In this document: piece by piece, positions 1 through 13,818 of the stretch
Position numbering within the stretch: the first letter of the stretch is position 1
How the letters are laid out: each line of letters starts with the position of its first letter
NCBI GenBank assembly: GCA_009914755.4
Contig: CP086569.2
Location: forward strand, 27,872,001-27,936,000
Reading direction: 5' to 3'
Source of the DNA: the human T2T-CHM13v2.0 reference genome, Homo sapiens
Length of the DNA: 64,000 nt
The notes under the pieces: generated by a model
Told to the model about the DNA's origin: nothing
What the model saw: the letters and a program-made list of their open reading frames with translations, nothing else
The model's database searches: none
Translations under genes and position numbers: made by a program

Positions 1-27
1 ATATGAAATGGAATGGAATGGAATGGA

Positions 28-2780
28 ATGCCCTTGCATTAAATGGACTGGAATGGAATGGACTCGAACAGAGTGGAATGGAAAGCATTGAAATAGAATG
101 GAATGGACTCCTTTGGAATGGTCTAGTATGGATGCAATCGACTGGCAGGGAATCAAAAGGAATGTAATCGAATAGATTGGACTGGAATACAATGGACTCG
201 AATAGATTGGAAACGGAATGCAATGGAATGGAATGGAATAGTATGGAATGGGATGGAATGAAATGGAGTGGAATAGACTAGAGTGGAATGGAATGGACTC
301 GAAAGCAATGGACTGGAATGGAACGGTCTTGAATGGACTGGAATCAAACGGAATGGAATGGAATGCAATGCAATCAAATGGAATGGAATAAAATAGAATG
401 AAAGAGAATGAAATGGAATTGAATCGAATGGAATCGAATGGATTGGAAAGGAATAGAATGGAATGGAATGGAATTGACTCAAATGGAATGGACTAGAATG
501 GAATGGAGTCGAATGGAAGGCAAAGGAATGGAATCTATTGGAATGGACTGTAACGGAATGGAATGGAAGGGATTGGAATGGACTCGAATGGAATGAACTG
601 CAATAGAAAGGATTCGAATGGAATGAAAAAGAATTGAATGGAATAGAAGAGAATGGAATCAAATCGAATGAAATGGAATGGAATAGAAAGGAATGGAATG
701 AAATGGAATGGAAAGGATTCGAATGGAATGCAATCGAATGGAATGGAATCGAACGGAATGGAATAAAATGGAGGCAAACTGGCAAGAAATGGAATCGAAA
801 TGAATGGAGTGTTATGGAACGGACTCCAAAGGAATTGAATGTAATAGAATGGAGTGGAGTGGACTCGAATATAATGGACTGGAATGGAATGGAATCACAT
901 GGAATGGGAACGAATGGAATGGAATGGAAAGGAATGGAATCGAATGGAAGGGAATGAAATTGAATCAACAGGAATGGAAGGGAATAGAATAGACTGTAAT
1001 GGAATGGACTCGAATAGAAAGGACACGAATGCTCAAATTGAATGGACTCGAATGGAATGGAAACGAAAGGAATGTCATCGAATGGAATTGAATCGATTGG
1101 AATGGAATCGCATAGAATGGAGAGGAATGAAATGGAATTGAATCGAATGGAAAGGAACCGAATGGACTGAAATGAAATGGAATGGAATTGAATGGAAAGT
1201 AATGCAATGCAATAGAATGGAACGAAATTTCACGGAATGGAATGAAACAGAATGGAATCAAATCAATGGAATATAATGAAATGGAATGGAATGGAATGGA
1301 AAGGAATTGAATGGAATAGATTGGATTGGAAGGGATTGGAATGCAATGGAATGGAAAGGACTCGAATTTCATGAAACGGAATGGAATGAATTGGAATGGA
1401 ATGGACTCGAATGGAATGGAATGTCATGGAATGGCATCAAATGGAATGGCATCAAATGGAATGGAATCGAATGCAATGGAATGTTATGGAATGGAATGGA
1501 ATGTATTGGAATGGAATGTCCTCTAATGGAATGGATTCGAGTGGAATGGAATCGAATATAATGGAGTCGAATGAAATGGAATTGAAAGGACTGGGATCAA
1601 ATAGAATGGAATATACTGGAATGTAATGTAATGAAGTCGAATGTAATTGACTGGAATGGAATGTACATGAATGGAATGCAATCGAATGGAATAGAATCTA
1701 ATGCAATAAAACCGACTCAAATGGAATAGAATGTAATGGAATGGAGTGCAGTGCAATGGAATGGAATGGAATGGAATGGAATGGAATGGGATGGGATGGA
1801 ATGGGATGGAATGGTATGGAACGGATAATAATGGTCTGGAGGAAATGGACTGGAAAGGAATGGACTCAAATTGAAAGGGCTCGAAAGGAATGGGGTCAAA
1901 TGTAATGGTCTGGAATGGAATGAACTCGAATGTAATGCAATCCAATAGAATGGAATCGAATGGAATGGAATATAAAGAAATGGAATCGAAGAGAATGGAA
2001 ACAAATGGAATGGAATTGTATGGAATTGAATCGAATCGAATCGAATGTAATTGAACGGAAAAAATGCAACTGAATAGAATCGAAAACAATGGATTCGACT
2101 GGCATCTAATAGAATGAAATGGAATGCGGTGAGATGGAGTGGATTGTAATGGAGTTGAATGGAATGGGGTGTAATTGAATTGAATGGAGTGGAGTGGAGT
2201 GAACTGGAGTGGAATGGAATGGAATGGGCAGGCATGGAATTGAAAGGCGTGGAGTGGAGTGGAATTGAGAGGAGTGGAATGCAGTAGGGTGGATTGTAGT
2301 GGAGAGTATTCGAAAAGAGTGGAGTGGAACGGAATGGAATGGAGTGGAGTGGAATGGAATGGAATTGAGTGAAGTGGAGTGGAGTGGAATGGAGAGTAAT
2401 GGAGTGGAGTGGACTTGATTGGAGTAGATAGCAGTGCATTGGACTGTACGGGATAGAAGGGGCTTGGAGTGCCATGGAGTGGAGTGGAATGGAATGGAGT
2501 GGAGTGGAATGGATTGGAATGGACTGGAAAGGAATGGAATGGAATGGATTTAAATGGCAGGGAATCAAATCGAATTGAATCATATTGGAACAATTTGAAT
2601 CGACTGGAGGAAAGAAATCGAATGAAATCGAATGGAATGAATGGAAGAGAGTGCAATGTTATAGAATGGAATGGAGACAGATGGAATGGAATGGAACAGA
2701 GAGCAATGGTATAGAATGCAATGGAATCATATGAAATGGAATTGAGTGGAATGGAATAATATGAAATGGAATGGAATGGA
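28..2780 (+). repeat. HOR-A unit A1 (2753 bp), homogeneous-type
   Basis: Anchor to anchor. Reverse-frame translations are identical to units A3-A7 (for example 153..968 equals 5670..6485). Confidence 0.8.
2120..2560 (+). repeat. (GGAGT)-rich sub-module specific to HOR family A (representative copy; recurs once per A unit at about +2.1 to +2.56 kb from the anchor)
   Basis: There are runs of 'ggagtggagtggaatggaatggagtggagtgg'. The same block is seen at about 4870-5320, 7630-8080, 10390-10840 and so on. It is absent from family-B units. Confidence 0.75.
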
Positions 2781-5544
2781 ATGCCCTTGCATTAAATGGA
2801 CTGGAATGGAATGGACTCGAACAGAGTGGAACGGAAAGCATTGAAATAGAATGGAATGGACTCCTTTGGAATGGTCTAGTATGGATGCAATCGACTGGCA
2901 GGGAATCAAAAGGAATGTAATCGAATAGATTGGACTGGAATACAATGGACTCGAATAGATTGGAAACGGAATGCAATGGAATGGAATGGAATAGTATGGA
3001 ATGGGATGGAATGAAATGGAGTGGAATAGACTAGAGTGGAATGGAATGGACTCGAAAGCAATGGACTGGAATGGAACGGTCTTGAATGGACTGGAATCAA
3101 ACGGAATGGAATGGAATGCAATGCAATCAAATGGAATGGAATAAAATAGAATGAAAGAGAATCAAATGGAATTGAATCGAATGGAATCGAATGGATTGGA
3201 AAGGAATAGAATGGAATGGAATGGAATTGACTCAAATGGAATGGACTAGAATGGAATGGAGTCGAATGGAAGGCAAAGGAATGGAATCTATTGGAATGGA
3301 CTGTAATGGAATGGAATGGAAGGGATTGGAATGGACTCGAATGGAATGAACTGCAATAGAAAGGATTCGAATGGAATGAAAAAGAATTGAATGGAATAGA
3401 AGAGAATGGAATCAAATCGAATGAAATGGAATGGAATAGAAAGGAATGGAATGAAATGGAATGGAAAGGATTCGAATGGAATGCAATCGAATGGAATGGA
3501 ATCGAACGGAATGGAATAAAATGGAAGCAAACTGGCAAGAAATGGAATCGAAATGAATGGAGTGTTATGGAACGGACTCCAAAGGAATTGAATGTAATAG
3601 AATGGAGTGGAGTGGACTCGAATATAATGGACTGGAATGGAATGGAATCACATGGAATGGGAACGAATGGAATGGAATGGAAAGGAATGGAATCGAATGG
3701 AAGGGAATGAAATTGAATCAACAGGAATGGAAGGGAATAGAATAGACTGTAATGGAATGGACTCGAATAGAAAGGACACGAATGCTCAAATTGAATGGAC
3801 TCGAATGGAATGGAAACGAATGGAATGTCATCGAATGGAATTGAATCGATTGGAATGGAATCGCATAGAATGGAGAGGAATGAAATGGAATTGAATCGAA
3901 TGGAAAGGAACCGAATGGACTGAAATGAAATGGAATGGAATTGAATGGAAAGTAATGCAATGCAATAGAATGGAACGAAATTTCACGGAATGGAATGAAA
4001 CAGAATGGAATGAAATCAATGGAATATAATGAAATGGAATGGAATGGAATGGAAAGGAATTGAATGGAATAGATTGGATTGGAAGGGATTGGAATGCAAT
4101 GGAATGGAAAGGAATCGAATTTCATGAAACGGAATGGAATGAATTGGAAAGGAATGGACTCGAATGGAATGGAATGTCATGGAATGGCATCAAATGGAAT
4201 GGCATCAAATGGAATGGAATCGATTGCAATGGAATGTTATGGAATGGAATGGAATGTATTGGAATGGAATGTCCTCTAATGGAATGGATTCGAGTGGAAT
4301 GGAATCGAATATAATGGAGTCGAATGAAATGGAATTGAAAGGAATGGGATCAAATAGAATGGAATATACTGGAATGTAATGTAATGAAGTCGAATGTAAT
4401 TGACTGGAATGGAATGTACATGAATGGAATGCCATCGAATGGAATAGAATCTAATGCAATAAAACCGACTCAAATGGAATAGAATGTAATGGAATGGAGT
4501 GCAGTGCAATGGAATGGAATGCAATGGAATGGAATGGAATGGAATGGAATGGGATGGAATGGGATGGAATGGTATGGAACGGATAATAATGGTCTGGAGT
4601 GAAATGGACTGGAAAGGAATGGACTCAAATTGAAAGGGCTCGAAAGGAATGGGGTCAAATGTAATGGTCTGGAATGGAATGAACTCGAATGTAATGCAAT
4701 CCAATAGAATGGAATCGAATGGAATGGAATATAAATAAATGTAATCGAAGAGAATGGAAACAAATGGAATGGAATTGTATGGAATTGAATCGAATCGAAT
4801 CGAATGTAATTGAACGGAAAAAATGCAACTGAATAGAATCGAAAACAATGGATTCGACTGGCATCTAATAGAATGAAATGGAATGCGGTGAGGTGGAGTG
4901 GATTGTAATGGAGTTGAATGGAATGGGGTGTAATTGAATTGAATGGAGTGGAGTGGAGTGAACTGGAGTGGAATGGAATGGAATGGGCAGGCATGGAATT
5001 GAAAGGCGTGGAGTGGAGTGGAATTGAGAGGAGTGGAATGCAGTAGGGTGGATTGTAGTGGAGAGTATTCGAAAAGAGTGGAGTGGAACGGAATGGAATG
5101 GAGTGGAGTGGAATGGAATGGAATTGAGTGAAGTGGAGTGGAGTGGAATGGAGAGTAATGGAGTGGAGTGGACTTGATTGGAGTAGATAGCAGTGCATTG
5201 GACTGTACGGGATAGAAGGGGCTTGGAGTTCCATGGAGTGGAGTGGAATGGAATGGAATGGAGTGGAATGGATTGGAATGGACTGGAAAGGAATGGAATG
5301 GAATGGATTTAAATGGCAGGGAATCAAATCGAATTGAATCATATTGGAACAATTTGAATCGACTGGAGGAAAGAAATCGAATGAAATCGAATGGAATGAA
5401 TGGAAGAGAGTGCAATGTTATAGAATGGAATGGAGACAGATGGAATGGAATGGAACAGAGAGCAATGGTATAGAATGCAATGGAATCATATGCAATGGAA
5501 TTGAGTGGAATGGAATAATATGAAATGGAATGGAATGGAATGGA
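2781..5544 (+). repeat. HOR-A unit A2 (2764 bp), variant unit
   Basis: Anchor to anchor. It carries variant sites shared with units A8-A12 ('VCFHF', 'HSITVHS', 'ISLQTIIIRSIPFHPIPSHS' in the ORF track). It sits between A1 and A3, which are homogeneous-type. Confidence 0.75.
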
Positions 5545-8302
5545 ATGCCCTTGCATTAAATGGACTGGAATGGAATGGACTCGAACAGAGTGGAATGGAA
5601 AGCATTGAAATAGAATGGAATGGACTCCTTTGGAATGGTCTAGTATGGATGCAATCGACTGGCAGGGAATCAAAAGGAATGTAATCGAATAGATTGGACT
5701 GGAATACAATGGACTCGAATAGATTGGAAACGGAATGCAATGGAATGGAATGGAATAGTATGGAATGGGATGGAATGAAATGGAGTGGAATAGACTAGAG
5801 TGGAATGGAATGGACTCGAAAGCAATGGACTGGAATGGAACGGTCTTGAATGGACTGGAATCAAACGGAATGGAATGGAATGCAATGCAATCAAATGGAA
5901 TGGAATAAAATAGAATGAAAGAGAATGAAATGGAATTGAATCGAATGGAATCGAATGGATTGGAAAGGAATAGAATGGAATGGAATGGAATTGACTCAAA
6001 TGGAATGGACTAGAATGGAATGGAGTCGAATGGAAGGCAAAGGAATGGAATCTATTGGAATGGACTGTAACGGAATGGAATGGAAGGGATTGGAATGGAC
6101 TCGAATGGAATGAACTGCAATAGAAAGGATTCGAATGGAATGAAAAAGAATTGAATGGAATAGAAGAGAATGGAATCAAATCGAATGAAATGGAATGGAA
6201 TAGAAAGGAATGGAATGAAATGGAATGGAAAGGATTCGAATGGAATGCAATCGAATGGAATGGAATCGAACGGAATGGAATAAAATGGAGGCAAACTGGC
6301 AAGAAATGGAATCGAAATGAATGGAGTGTTATGGAACGGACTCCAAAGGAATTGAATGTAATAGAATGGAGTGGAGTGGACTCGAATATAATGGACTGGA
6401 ATGGAATGGAATCACATGGAATGGGAACGAATGGAATGGAATGGAAAGGAATGGAATCGAATGGAAGGGAATGAAATTGAATCAACAGGAATGGAAAGGA
6501 ATAGAATAGACTGTAATGGAATGGACTCGAATAGAAAGGACACGAATGCTCAAATTGAATGGACTCGAATGGAATGGAAACGAATGGAATGTCATCGAAT
6601 GGAATTGAATCGATTGGAATGGAATCGCATAGAATGGAGAGGAATGAAATGGAATTGAATCGAATGGAAAGGAACCGAATGGACTGAAATGAAATGGAAT
6701 GGAATTGAATGGAAAGTAATGCAATGCAATAGAATGGAACGAAATTTCACGGAGTGGAATGAAACAGAATGGAATCAAATCAATGGAATATAATGAAATG
6801 GAATGGAATGGAATGGAAAGGAATTGAATGGAATAGATTGGATTGGAAGGGATTGGAATGCAATGGAATGGAAAGGACTCGAATTTCATGAAACGGAATG
6901 GAATGAATTGGAATGGAATGGACTCGAATGGAATGGAATGTCATGGAATGGCATCAAATGGAATGGCATCAAATGGAATGGAATCGAATGCAATGGAATG
7001 TTATGGAATGGAATGGAATGTATTGGAATGGAATGTCCTCTAATGGAATGGATTCGAGTGGAATGGAATCGAATATAATGGAGTCGAATGAAATGGAATT
7101 GAAAGGACTGGGATCAAATAGAATGGAATATACTGGAATGTAATGTAATGAAGTCGAATGTAATTGACTGGAATGGAATGTACATGAATGGAATGCAATC
7201 GAATGGAATAGAATCTAATGCAATAAAACCGACTCAAATGGAATAGAATGTAATGGAATGGAGTGCAGTGCAATGGAATGGAATGGAATGGAATGGAATG
7301 GAATGGAATGGGATGGAATGGGATGGAATGGTATGGAACGGATAATAATGGTCTGGAGGAAATGGACTGGAAAGGAATGGACTCAAATTGAAAGGGCTCG
7401 AAAGGAATGGGGTCAAATGTAATGGTCTGGAATGGAATGAACTCGAATGTAATGCAATCCAATAGAATGGAATCGAATGGAATGGAATATAAAGAAATGG
7501 AATCGAAGAGAATGGAAACAAATGGAATGGAATTGTATGGAATTGAATCGAATCGAATCGAATGTAATTGAACGGAAAAAATGCAACTGAATAGAATCGA
7601 AAACAATGGATTCGACTGGCATCTGATAGAATGAAATGGAATGCGGTGAGGTGGAGTGGATTGTAATGGAGTTGAATGGAATGGGGTGTAATTGAATTGA
7701 ATGGAGTGGAGTGGAGTGAACTGGAGTGGAATGGAATGGAATGGGCAGGCATGGAATTGAAAGGCGTGGAGTGGAGTGGAATTGAGAGGAGTGGAATGCA
7801 GTAGGGTGGATTGTAGTGGAGAGTATTCGAAAAGAGTGGAGTGGAACGGAATGGAATGGAGTGGAGTGGAATGGAATGGAATTGAGTGAAGTGGAGTGGA
7901 GTGGAATGGAGAGTAATGGAGTGGAGTGGACTTGATTGGAGTAGATAGCAGTGCATTGGACTGTACGGGATAGAAGGGGCTTGGAGTTCCATGGAGTGGA
8001 GTGGAATGGAATGGAATGGAGTGGAATGGATTGGAATGGACTGGAAAGGAATGGAATGGAATGGATTTAAATGGCAGGGAATCAAATCGAATTGAATCAT
8101 ATTGGAACAATTTGAATCGACTGGAGGAAAGAAATCGAATGAAATCGAATGGAATGAATGGAAGAGAGTGCAATGTTATAGAATGGAATGGAGACAGATG
8201 GAATGGAATGGAACAGAGAGCAATGGTATAGAATGCAATGGAATCATATGAAATGGAATTGAGTGGAATGGAATAATATGAAATGGAATGGAATGGAATG
8301 GA
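5545..8302 (+). repeat. HOR-A unit A3 (2758 bp), homogenised block
   Basis: Anchor to anchor. All sampled ORF translations are identical or near-identical to A4-A7. Confidence 0.85.
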
Positions 8303-11060
8303 ATGCCCTTGCATTAAATGGACTGGAATGGAATGGACTCGAACAGAGTGGAATGGAAAGCATTGAAATAGAATGGAATGGACTCCTTTGGAATGGTCTA
8401 GTATGGATGCAATCGACTGGCAGGGAATCAAAAGGAATGTAATCGAATAGATTGGACTGGAATACAATGGACTCGAATAGATTGGAAACGGAATGCAATG
8501 GAATGGAATGGAATAGTATGGAATGGGATGGAATGAAATGGAGTGGAATAGACTAGAGTGGAATGGAATGGACTCGAAAGCAATGGACTGGAATGGAACG
8601 GTCTTGAATGGACTGGAATCAAACGGAATGGAATGGAATGCAATGCAATCAAATGGAATGGAATAAAATAGAATGAAAGAGAATGAAATGGAATTGAATC
8701 GAATGGAATCGAATGGATTGGAAAGGAATAGAATGGAATGGAATGGAATTGACTCAAATGGAATGGACTAGAATGGAATGGAGTCGAATGGAAGGCAAAG
8801 GAATGGAATCTATTGGAATGGACTGTAACGGAATGGAATGGAAGGGATTGGAATGGACTCGAATGGAATGAACTGCAATAGAAAGGATTCGAATGGAATG
8901 AAAAAGAATTGAATGGAATAGAAGAGAATGGAATCAAATCGAATGAAATGGAATGGAATAGAAAGGAATGGAATGAAATGGAATGGAAAGGATTCGAATG
9001 GAATGCAATCGAATGGAATGGAATCGAACGGAATGGAATAAAATGGAGGCAAACTGGCAAGAAATGGAATCGAAATGAATGGAGTGTTATGGAACGGACT
9101 CCAAAGGAATTGAATGTAATAGAATGGAGTGGAGTGGACTCGAATATAATGGACTGGAATGGAATGGAATCACATGGAATGGGAACGAATGGAATGGAAT
9201 GGAAAGGAATGGAATCGAATGGAAGGGAATGAAATTGAATCAACAGGAATGGAAGGGAATAGAATAGACTGTAATGGAATGGACTCGAATAGAAAGGACA
9301 CGAATGCTCAAATTGAATGGACTCGAATGGAATGGAAACGAATGGAATGTCATCGAATGGAATTGAATCGATTGGAATGGAATCGCATAGAATGGAGAGG
9401 AATGAAATGGAATTGAATCGAATGGAAAGGAACCGAATGGACTGAAATGAAATGGAATGTAATTGAATGGAAAGTAATGCAATGCAATAGAATGGAACGA
9501 AATTTCACGGAATGGAATGAAACAGAATGGAATCAAATCAATGGAATATAATGAAATGGAATGGAATGGAATGGAAAGGAATTGAATGGAATAGATTGGA
9601 TTGGAAGGGATTGGAATGCAATGGAATGGAAAGGACTCGAATTTCATGAAACGGAATGGAATGAATTGGAATGGAATGGACTCGAATGGAATGGAATGTC
9701 ATGGAATGGCATCAAATGGAATGGCATCAAATGGAATGGAATCGAATGCAATGGAATGTTATGGAATGGAATGGAATGTATTGGAATGGAATGTCCTCTA
9801 ATGGAATGGATTCGAGTGGAATGGAATCGAATATAATGGAGTCGAATGAAATGGAATTGAAAGGACTGGGATCAAATAGAATGGAATATACTGGAATGTA
9901 ATGTAATGAAGTCGAATGTAATTGACTGGAATGGAATGTACATGAATGGAATGCAATCGAATGGAATAGAATCTAATGCAATAAAACCGACTCAAATGGA
10001 ATAGAATGTAATGGAATGGAGTGCAGTGCAATGGAATGGAATGGAATGGAATGGAATGGAATGGAATGGGATGGAATGGGATGGAATGGTATGGAACGGA
10101 TAATAATGGTCTGGAGGAAATGGACTGGAAAGGAATGGACTCAAATTGAAAGGGATCGAAAGGAATGGGGTCAAATGTAATGGTCTGGAATGGAATGAAC
10201 TCGAATGTAATGCAATCCAATAGAATGGAATCGAATGGAATGGAATATAAAGAAATGGAATCGAAGAGAATGGAAACAAATGGAATGGAATTGTATGGAA
10301 TTGAATCGAATCGAATCGAATGTAATTGAACGGAAAAAATGCAACTGAATAGAATCGAAAACAATGGATTCGACTGGCATCTAATAGAATGAAATGGAAT
10401 GCGGTGAGATGGAGTGGATTGTAATGGAGTTGAATGGAATGGGGTGTAATTGAATTGAATGGAGTGGAGTGGAGTGAACTGGAGTGGAATGGAATGGAAT
10501 GGGCAGGCATGGAATTGAAAGGCGTGGAGTGGAGTGGAATTGAGAGGAGTGGAATGCAGTAGGGTGGATTGTATTGGAGAGTATTCGAAAAGAGTGGAGT
10601 GGAACGGAATGGAATGGAGTGGAGTGGAATGGAATGGAATTGAGTGAAGTGGAGTGGAGTGGAATGGAGAGTAATGGAGTGGAGTGGACTTGATTGGAGT
10701 AGATAGCAGTGTATTGGACTGTACGGGATAGAAGGGGCTTGGAGTTCCATGGAGTGGAGTGGAATGGAATGGAATGGAGTGGAATGGATTGGAATGGACT
10801 GGAAAGGAATGGAATGGAATGGATTTAAATGGCAGGGAATCAAATCGAATTGAATCATATTGGAACAATTTGAATCGACTGGAGGAAAGAAATCGAATGA
10901 AATCGAATGGAATGAATGGAAGAGAGTGCAATGTTATAGAATGGAATGGAGACAGATGGAATGGAATGGAACAGAGAGCAATGGTATAGAATGCAATGGA
11001 ATCATATGAAATGGAATTGAGTGGAATGGAATAATATGAAATGGAATGGAATGGAATGGA
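8303..11060 (+). repeat. HOR-A unit A4 (2758 bp), homogenised block
   Basis: Anchor to anchor. The period is exact. Confidence 0.85.
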
Positions 11061-13818
11061 ATGCCCTTGCATTAAATGGACTGGAATGGAATGGACTCGA
11101 ACAGAGTGGAATGGAAAGCATTGAAATAGAATGGAATGGACTCCTTTGGAATGGTCTAGTATGGATGCAATCGACTGGCAGGGAATCAAAAGGAATGTAA
11201 TCGAATAGATTGGACTGGAATACAATGGACTCGAATAGATTGGAAACGGAATACAATGGAATGGAATGGAATAGTTTGGAATGGGATGGAATGAAATGGA
11301 GTGGAATAGACTAGAGTGGAATGGAATGGACTCGAAAGCAATGGACTGGAATGGAACGGTCTTGAATGGACTGGAATCAAACGGAATGGAATGGAATGCA
11401 ATGCAATCAAATGGAATGGAATAAAATAGAATGAAAGAGAATGAAATGGAATTGAATCGAATGGAATCGAATGGATTGGAAAGGAATAGAATGGAATGGA
11501 ATGGAATTGACTCAAATGGAATGGACTAGAATGGAATGGAGTCGAATGGAAGGCAAAGGAATGGAATCTATTGGAATGGACTGTAACGGAATGGAATGGA
11601 AGGGATTGGAATGAACTCGAATGGAATGAACTGCAATAGAAAGGATTCGAATGGAATGAAAAAGAATTGAATGGAATAGAAGAGAATGGAATCAAATCGA
11701 ATGAAATGGAATGGAATAGAAAGGAATGGAATGAAATGGAATGGAAAGGATTCGAATGGAATGCAATCGAATGGAATGGAATCGAACGGAATGGAATAAA
11801 ATGGAGGCAAACTGGCAAGAAATGGAATCGAAATGAATGGAGTGTTATGGAACGGACTCCAAAGGAATTGAATGTAATAGAATGGAGTGGAGTGGACTCG
11901 AATATAATGGACTGGAATGGAATGGAATCACATGGAATGGGAACGAATGGAACGGAATGGAAAGGAATGGAATCGAATGGAAGGGAATGAAATTGAATCA
12001 ACAGGAATGGAAGGGAATAGAATAGACTGTAATGGAATGGACTCGAATAGAAAGGACACGAATGCTCAAATTGAATGGACTCGAATGGAATGGAAACGAA
12101 TGGAATGTCATCGAATGGAATTGAATCGATTGGAATGGAATCGCATAGAATGGAGAGGAATGAAATGGAATTGAATCGAATGGAAAGGAACCGAATGGAC
12201 TGAAATGAAATGGAATGGAATTGAATGGAAAGTAATGCAATGCAATAGAATGGAACGAAATTTCACGGAATGGAATGAAACAGAATGGAATCAAATCAAT
12301 GGAATATAATGAAATGGAATGGAATGGAATGGAAAGGAATTGAATGGAATAGATTGGATTGGAAGGGATTGGAATGCAATGGAATGGAAAGGACTCGAAT
12401 TTCATGAAACGGAATGGAATGAATTGGAATGGAATGGACTCGAATGGAATGGAATGTCATGGAATGGCATCAAATGGAATGGCATCAAATGGAATGGAAT
12501 CGAATGCAATGGAATGTTATGGAATGGAATGGAATGTATTGGAATGGAATGTCCTCTAATGGAATGGATTCGAGTGGAATGGAATCGAATATAATGGAGT
12601 CGAATGAAATGGAATTGAAAGGACTGGGATCAAATAGAATGGAATATACTGGAATGTAATGTAATGAAGTCGAATGTAATTGACTGGAATGGAATGTACA
12701 TGAATGGAATGCAATCGAATGGAATAGAATCTAATGCAATAAAACCGACTCAAATGGAATAGAATGTAATGGAATGGAGTGCAGTGCAATGGAATGGAAT
12801 GGAATGGAATGGAATGGAATGGAATGGGATGGAATGGGATGGAATGGTATGGAACGGATAATAATGGTCTGGAGGAAATGGACTGGAAAGGAATGGACTC
12901 AAATTGAAAGGGCTCGAAAGGAATGGGGTCAAATGTAATGGTCTGGAATGGAATGAACTCGAATGTAATGCAATCCAATAGAATGGAATCGAATGGAATG
13001 GAATATAAATAAATGGAATCGAAGAGAATGGAAACAAATGGAATGGAATTGTATGGAATTGAATCGAATCGAATCGAATGTAATTGAACGGAAAAAATGC
13101 AACTGAATAGAATCGAAAACAATGGATTCGACTGGCATCTAATAGAATGAAATGGAATGCGGTGAGATGGAGTGGATTGTAATGGAGTTGAATGGAATGG
13201 GGTGTAATTGAATTGAATGGAGTGGAGTGGAGTGAACTGGAGTGGAATGGAATGGAATGGGCAGGCATGGAATTGAAAGGCGTGGAGTGGAGTGGAATTG
13301 AGAGGAGTGGAATGCAGTAGGGTGGATTGTAGTGGAGAGTATTCGAAAAGAGTGGAGTGGAACGGAATGGAATGGAGTGGAGTGGAATGGAATGGAATTG
13401 AGTGAAGTGGAGTGGAGTGGAATGGAGAGTAATGGAGTGGAGTGGACTTGATTGGAGTAGATAGCAGTGCATTGGACTGTACGGGATAGAAGGGGCTTGG
13501 ATTTCCATGGAGTGGAGTGGAATGGAATGGAATGGAGTGGAATGGATTGGAATGGACTGGAAAGGAATGGAATGGAATGGATTTAAATGGCAGGGAATCA
13601 AATCGAATTGAATCATATTGGAACAATTTGAATCGACTGGAGGAAAGAAATCGAATGAAATCGAATGGAATGAATGGAAGAGAGTGCAATGTTATAGAAT
13701 GGAATGGAGACAGATGGAATGGAATGGAACAGAGAGCAATGGTATAGAATGCAATGGAATCATATGAAATGGAATTGAGTGGAATGGAATAATATGAAAT
13801 GGAATGGAATGGAATGGA
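11061..13818 (+). repeat. HOR-A unit A5 (2758 bp), homogenised block
   Basis: Anchor to anchor. Only a few substitutions are visible relative to A4 (for example 'HSVPF', 'FQTIPFHSIVF'). Confidence 0.85.
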
